From positions 1 to 64,000 of the forward strand of contig JAUCBJ010008732.1 of NCBI GenBank assembly GCA_032718475.1: a stretch of DNA of 64,000 bases. The letters run 5' to 3'. Origin of the DNA: Nemertoderma westbladi. Its lineage: Eukaryota > Animalia > Xenacoelomorpha. A program made the position numbers and the translations under genes. Shown here piece after piece: positions 60,118-64,000 of the stretch. Positions within the stretch are counted from its first letter, which is position 1, and every line of letters starts with the position of its first letter. A model generated the notes under the pieces. It made no database searches and was not told the DNA's origin. It worked only from the letters and a program-made list of their open reading frames with translations.

Positions 60118-60460
60118 TTACTAATCGGTACTACGTACCCTCTTACTACTCTCTAACTAACTAACAGTACTACGTACCCTCTAACTCTTACTCTAACTAT
60201 ACTAACGGTACTACGTACCCTCTTACTACTCTCTAACTCCACTAACTATCGGTACTACGTACCCTCTAACTCTCTAACTCCACTAACTATCAGTACTACG
60301 TACCTTCTAGCTGACTAACTAACTAACTAACTAACTCTAGGTACTACGTGCCTTCTAACTGACTAACTAACTAACTAACTAACTCTAGGTACTACGTACC
60401 TTCTAACCGACTAACTCTAGGTACTACGTACCTTCTAACTAACTCCTAACTAACTAACTC
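60118..60460. repeat. Tandem gtactacgtacc + (ctaa)n units (8 copies) in the spacer between pol and the extra ORF
   Basis: Units of about 30-50 bp seen directly. Confidence 0.85.
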
Positions 60461-60571
60461 TAATTTTTATTTATTTTATTTTTTATTTTTATGTGTGGGA
60501 AGGGCGCCTCGCCCTCAATCCCACCCCCCTCAGTCCAAACTTGGACGACTAAACTACAATCTAACACCACC

Positions 60572-63195
60572 CTAAGGTGCCCCTTCTAATAGACAGCATT
60601 TCCCTACAGCTCTCCTGTAGGTTTTTCTGTCTTTCGCACCGATCTTTCCACCTATCCGCACTTCTACCGATCGGACTCTTCCGTCCTCATCGGAGTAAGT
60701 GCCTACGACTCTCGCCAACCGCCACTGGTTGTTGATGATAGTATCATCCGTGACGATTACGAGATCTCCCTCTCTTAACTCCCTATTTGACTTCCTCCAC
60801 TTGCTTCTTTTGTGAAGCGTGGGTAGGTATTCCTCAACCCACCTCCTCCAATACTCTGCGCTTATTGCTTTAGCGACCTTCCAACTCTGGCGGGAATGTA
60901 TGTCATCTGGGTCTACACCCCGCATATCGATGGTCGCTGGCCTTTCCATTAGAAAATGGCTGGGTGTCAGCACATCTAATGACTCAGGGTCATCATTCTC
61001 CGGATATAGCGGTCTGCTATTAATGATCCCCTCGCACTTCGCAAGCACTGTCCTTAAGACGTCCTCAGTGACCATGTGGGTGTTCATTAGCTTCGTCATT
61101 AGACGCTTTGAACTGCCCACCAGTCTCTCGACGCATCCTAGTGTATGTGGTGCATACGGCGTCCTTCTCTCCCACTTTACTTGTCGTCGTCTCATGGCCG
61201 CCCTGACTTCCTCCCCTTCCAAGATGTCCAAGGCCTCTGCCATCTCGTTCTCTGCTCCCACAAAGTTGGTTCCGCTGTCGGAATACATTACTGCGATCGT
61301 CCCACCTTTGCAGTCTCTGAATCTTTCTAATGCATTAATAAATGCTGATGCGGTTGCATCTTGGGCGAGTTCTATCCCTACCGCCCGCGTGTTGTTACAT
61401 ACGAAGATAATACCGTAGCGTTTCTCCGTGTGCCGCATCACCTTGATCTTTATCGGCCCGAACATGTCCACACCGCAATGTGTAAATGGCGGGTCGTGCT
61501 GTCTTACTCTACTCGCCGGTAGTGGCGCCATCTCTTGTATGGCTCGCTCCTTCTTCGCTCGTCGGCAGGTCTGGCACTGCCCCACTACCGCTTTTACCTT
61601 CTTCCTCAACTGCTTGACCCAAAAGGTCCTCCTTATCTCCGTGAGAGTTCGGTTTGTGCCCCCGTGCAATATCGACTTGTGGGAGTCCCAGATAATCTGG
61701 TGGACTATTGGTAATCCTGTGGCAATGATGATGGGTTTCGGTGGTACGACTATGCTGTTGTTGTATCCCACCCTAGAATTCATTACTAGAATCCCGTCGT
61801 CATTAAGTTGTGGCGACAGCGCGATCAGCTCGCTGTCCCGTCGAAGGTGCTGTTGGTTACCGACGCGTTCCACCTCGTCGCCATAGTTCTTCCGTTGTTC
61901 ATAGCGGATGACTGCCTTGGCCGCTCCTTCCAGATCTATGGTTGTCCTGATCTTCTTGTCTTTGCCAACTCCCGCGAGGAAATTCCCGAAGGCTCTCCAG
62001 TACGCCACTAATTTCTTGGTCTTATACCAACTAGAGCTGTAGCTGAGGAGTTTATCTGTCGGGTTATCGCACAGTTCTTCTGTCTTAGGTTGCACGTCCC
62101 TTATCTCCCTCACCATCTGGGAGTATATCTCTTCTCCCTCTGAATCTCCCTCTTCTCCTTCTGACACTACCTCTCCTGAGTCCGGGTCCACCTTTCTCAT
62201 CGGCGGCCAGGCCTCCTTGTCGCTCAGAAACTGCGGCCCGTGTTGCCACAATCCTTCCTTTTTTAAGAAAGTGTGGCGTGCCACGCCCCGTGATAACAAG
62301 TCCGCTGGATTCTCGTCCGTTGGGCAGTAGTGCCACCTTTCCAATTCTGTGGTCGCCCTTATCTCGTCCACCCTGTTAGCGACGAATATAGGGTATCTCG
62401 TCCTTTCGTTATGTAGCCAACCAAGCACTACCATGGAGTCCGTCCAGTAGTGTGTCTCCACTATGTTGGGAATAGTATCCACTAGGTAGGCTGTGGCTCT
62501 AACTCCTAGTCTCGCAGCTGTCAATTCTAATTTGGGAACTGATGCTGAATCTGGCGGCGTTGACTTTGCTTTGCTAAAGGCCAGTCTGGGCTTGTGAGCC
62601 CCCTCTCGTTGTACTAAATAGAGTGCCGCTCCGTACGCCTCCAACGACACATCGGAGAACATGTGTAGGTCCAGATTCGTCATGTTCCCATCCGGGAAAT
62701 ACACTCGTGGCATGTTGTATGTTCCCATCTTCTCCAAGTCTCCTGTCCACTTACTCCACTGTCTCTTGATTTCCTCTGGTACCTCTACGTCCCACTCATC
62801 CTTCAATTTGTATACTCTCTTGAGTATCTGTTTCCCGGTGACTAATAATGGGGATGCTAGACCTAGGGGATCGTATATCCTTGCTATATACGATACATAG
62901 CCCCTCTTCGTGTGGATGTCTGCGCCCTCCTGGCTCAGCTGATACTTCAGCTCATCTGTCTCTCTGTTCCACACGATTCCCAATGCCTTCTGTTGAGATT
63001 CTGTTCTCTTGTTCGCCATGTCCTGCCCTTTGGCTGTTGTGGGATTATCCATGGTCGATTCTGGTCTCTTGTCCTCTATCGCCTTGATAAATTCCTCCGA
63101 ACTGGATTGGAATTTGGTCAGGTTAAAGCCGGATCCTTTTAGGATGTCGCGAACCTCGCGCCCTGTGTCCAGTATCTCCTTAACCGTAACTGACG
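60572..63195 (-). CDS. BEL-4 pol C-terminal part: end of RT, RNase H, integrase
   Basis: GFNLTKFQSS, KALGIVW, IYDPLG, HMFSDVSLEAYGA, PKLELTAA, WTDS, NPADLLSRG, HHCC zinc finger, GVDMFGP, SDSGTNFVG, VERLVG, INSRPL and a DUF5641-like end. Confidence 0.92.
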
Positions 63196-64000
63196 GTAAC
63201 CGATCTGACCGACCGATCGTCGACCGGTAACTCCACGGCCCATCCTTTCTCGACGTACTTCTTAATCGTTCTGTGGATGTACTCATTCTTCTCGCGGCTC
63301 CGTTTTAGTGTTTGTTTCAGCTTGCGGAGTCTCGTGAGTACCATCCCTCTATTATCGGGCAGTGGTAACTTCGGTAGTTTCCATACCATTCCTATGGTGT
63401 ACCGCCCCTCGTCGCACTTCATAGACTCCTCTACGCTCTGCTGAGCCTGTTTGTCTTCCACCGAGGTCCCGACCCCGGTTTCCTTTAATCCTTCAAAATC
63501 CTGTCTGAGCAGTCTTTTAAGTTGCTCCTCTGCTCTCTCATCACTCATTTCCTGCATAGTTCCCGCGAACATGCATCCTGATGTCTCCGACATCCTAAAT
63601 GGTATCTTGCTCTTGATTGGGCCACTTAGCGTCCACCCGAATGGTGTCAGTATTGCCACCGGGTCAGACTGCTTGTCTTCGCCGAAGACCGTTTGCATTC
63701 TTTCGTGGGCCGTTGGGCAGTCCATTCCTACTATGATGGATACCTTCCTAACGTCCACATCTGGGATTGAGAAGTCAATATCGTCCAGAAATTTATATTG
63801 TTCGACCTCGATGTTGGTTGGCCGTCTGGCATTGATGTTTATTGACTCTATCACTTGGATGGGGTCGATGCTCGCCCCATAGTCGCATCCTGGTGCTATT
63901 GCTGCAATGGTGCACCGTCCGGTTCTCATCTCCAGGACCTCATCTTTGCTGGAGATGGTTGTTACCGCCATTCTACTTGGCCTCGTTCTCAATCCTATTT
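63180..64000 (-). CDS. BEL-4 pol: protease C-terminal part and RT N-terminus, broken by the RT-core deletion
   Basis: VSIIVGMD, PVAILTPFGWTLSGP, SVEDKQA, GRYTIGMVWK, LPDNR and YVEKGWAVEL. Confidence 0.88.
   Translation of the reverse strand, partial: IGLRTRPSRMAVTTISSKDEVLEMRTGRCTIAAIAPGCDYGASIDPIQVIESININARRPTNIEVEQYKFLDDIDFSIPDVDVRKVSIIVGMDCPTAHERMQTVFGEDKQSDPVAILTPFGWTLSGPIKSKIPFRMSETSGCMFAGTMQEMSDERAEEQLKRLLRQDFEGLKETGVGTSVEDKQAQQSVEESMKCDEGRYTIGMVWKLPKLPLPDNRGMVLTRLRKLKQTLKRSREKNEYIHRTIKKYVEKGWAVELPVDDRSVRSVTVSYG

Larger units (their letters stand above)
55822..64000 (-). mobile_element. BEL/Pao LTR retrotransposon BEL-4 (3' part; continues beyond the right edge)
   Basis: pol (end of protease, RT ends, RH, IN), a large extra ORF, a PPT and a putative 3' LTR. 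Confidence 0.9.

Noticed and set aside
60819-63882. Several + strand ORFs of 60-200 aa opposite BEL-4 pol
   Set aside because: They are antisense shadows in GC-richer coding DNA with no recognisable motifs.

Overview
AT-rich eukaryotic (invertebrate-animal-like) DNA made almost entirely of nested transposons and satellites around one probable host gene, a type II membrane protein with a fibrinogen domain. It holds four BEL/Pao LTR retrotransposons. BEL-1 (1-8364, -) has a frameshifted gag-pol that runs off the left edge. BEL-2 (16086-30157, -) has both LTRs and an intact Gag-protease ORF, with RT/RH and IN removed by two in-frame deletions. BEL-3 (~30158-35430, +) is a decayed gag interrupted by an RTE LINE. 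BEL-4 (55822-64000, -) lacks the RT core and is inserted into another RTE. Also present are piggyBac-, pogo- and Harbinger-like DNA elements, Gypsy and LINE remnants, and 21-, 18- and 24-bp tandem arrays. Two observations stand out. (1) BEL-1 and BEL-2 have no tRNA-type PBS. Instead the 10-12 nt abutting the 5' LTR are perfectly complementary to a segment about 445 nt inside their own LTR, with different, co-varying sequences in the two subfamilies. This is the signature of Tf1-type self-priming, which I do not know from BEL/Pao. (2) BEL-2 and BEL-4 carry a homologous non-env extra ORF between pol and the 3' LTR, with three Cys/His knuckles and an (F/W)ExxAD..R motif. In BEL-4 it is fused to a DEDDy 3'-5' exonuclease-like domain. 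All calls come from reading the sequence by eye; no searches were run.
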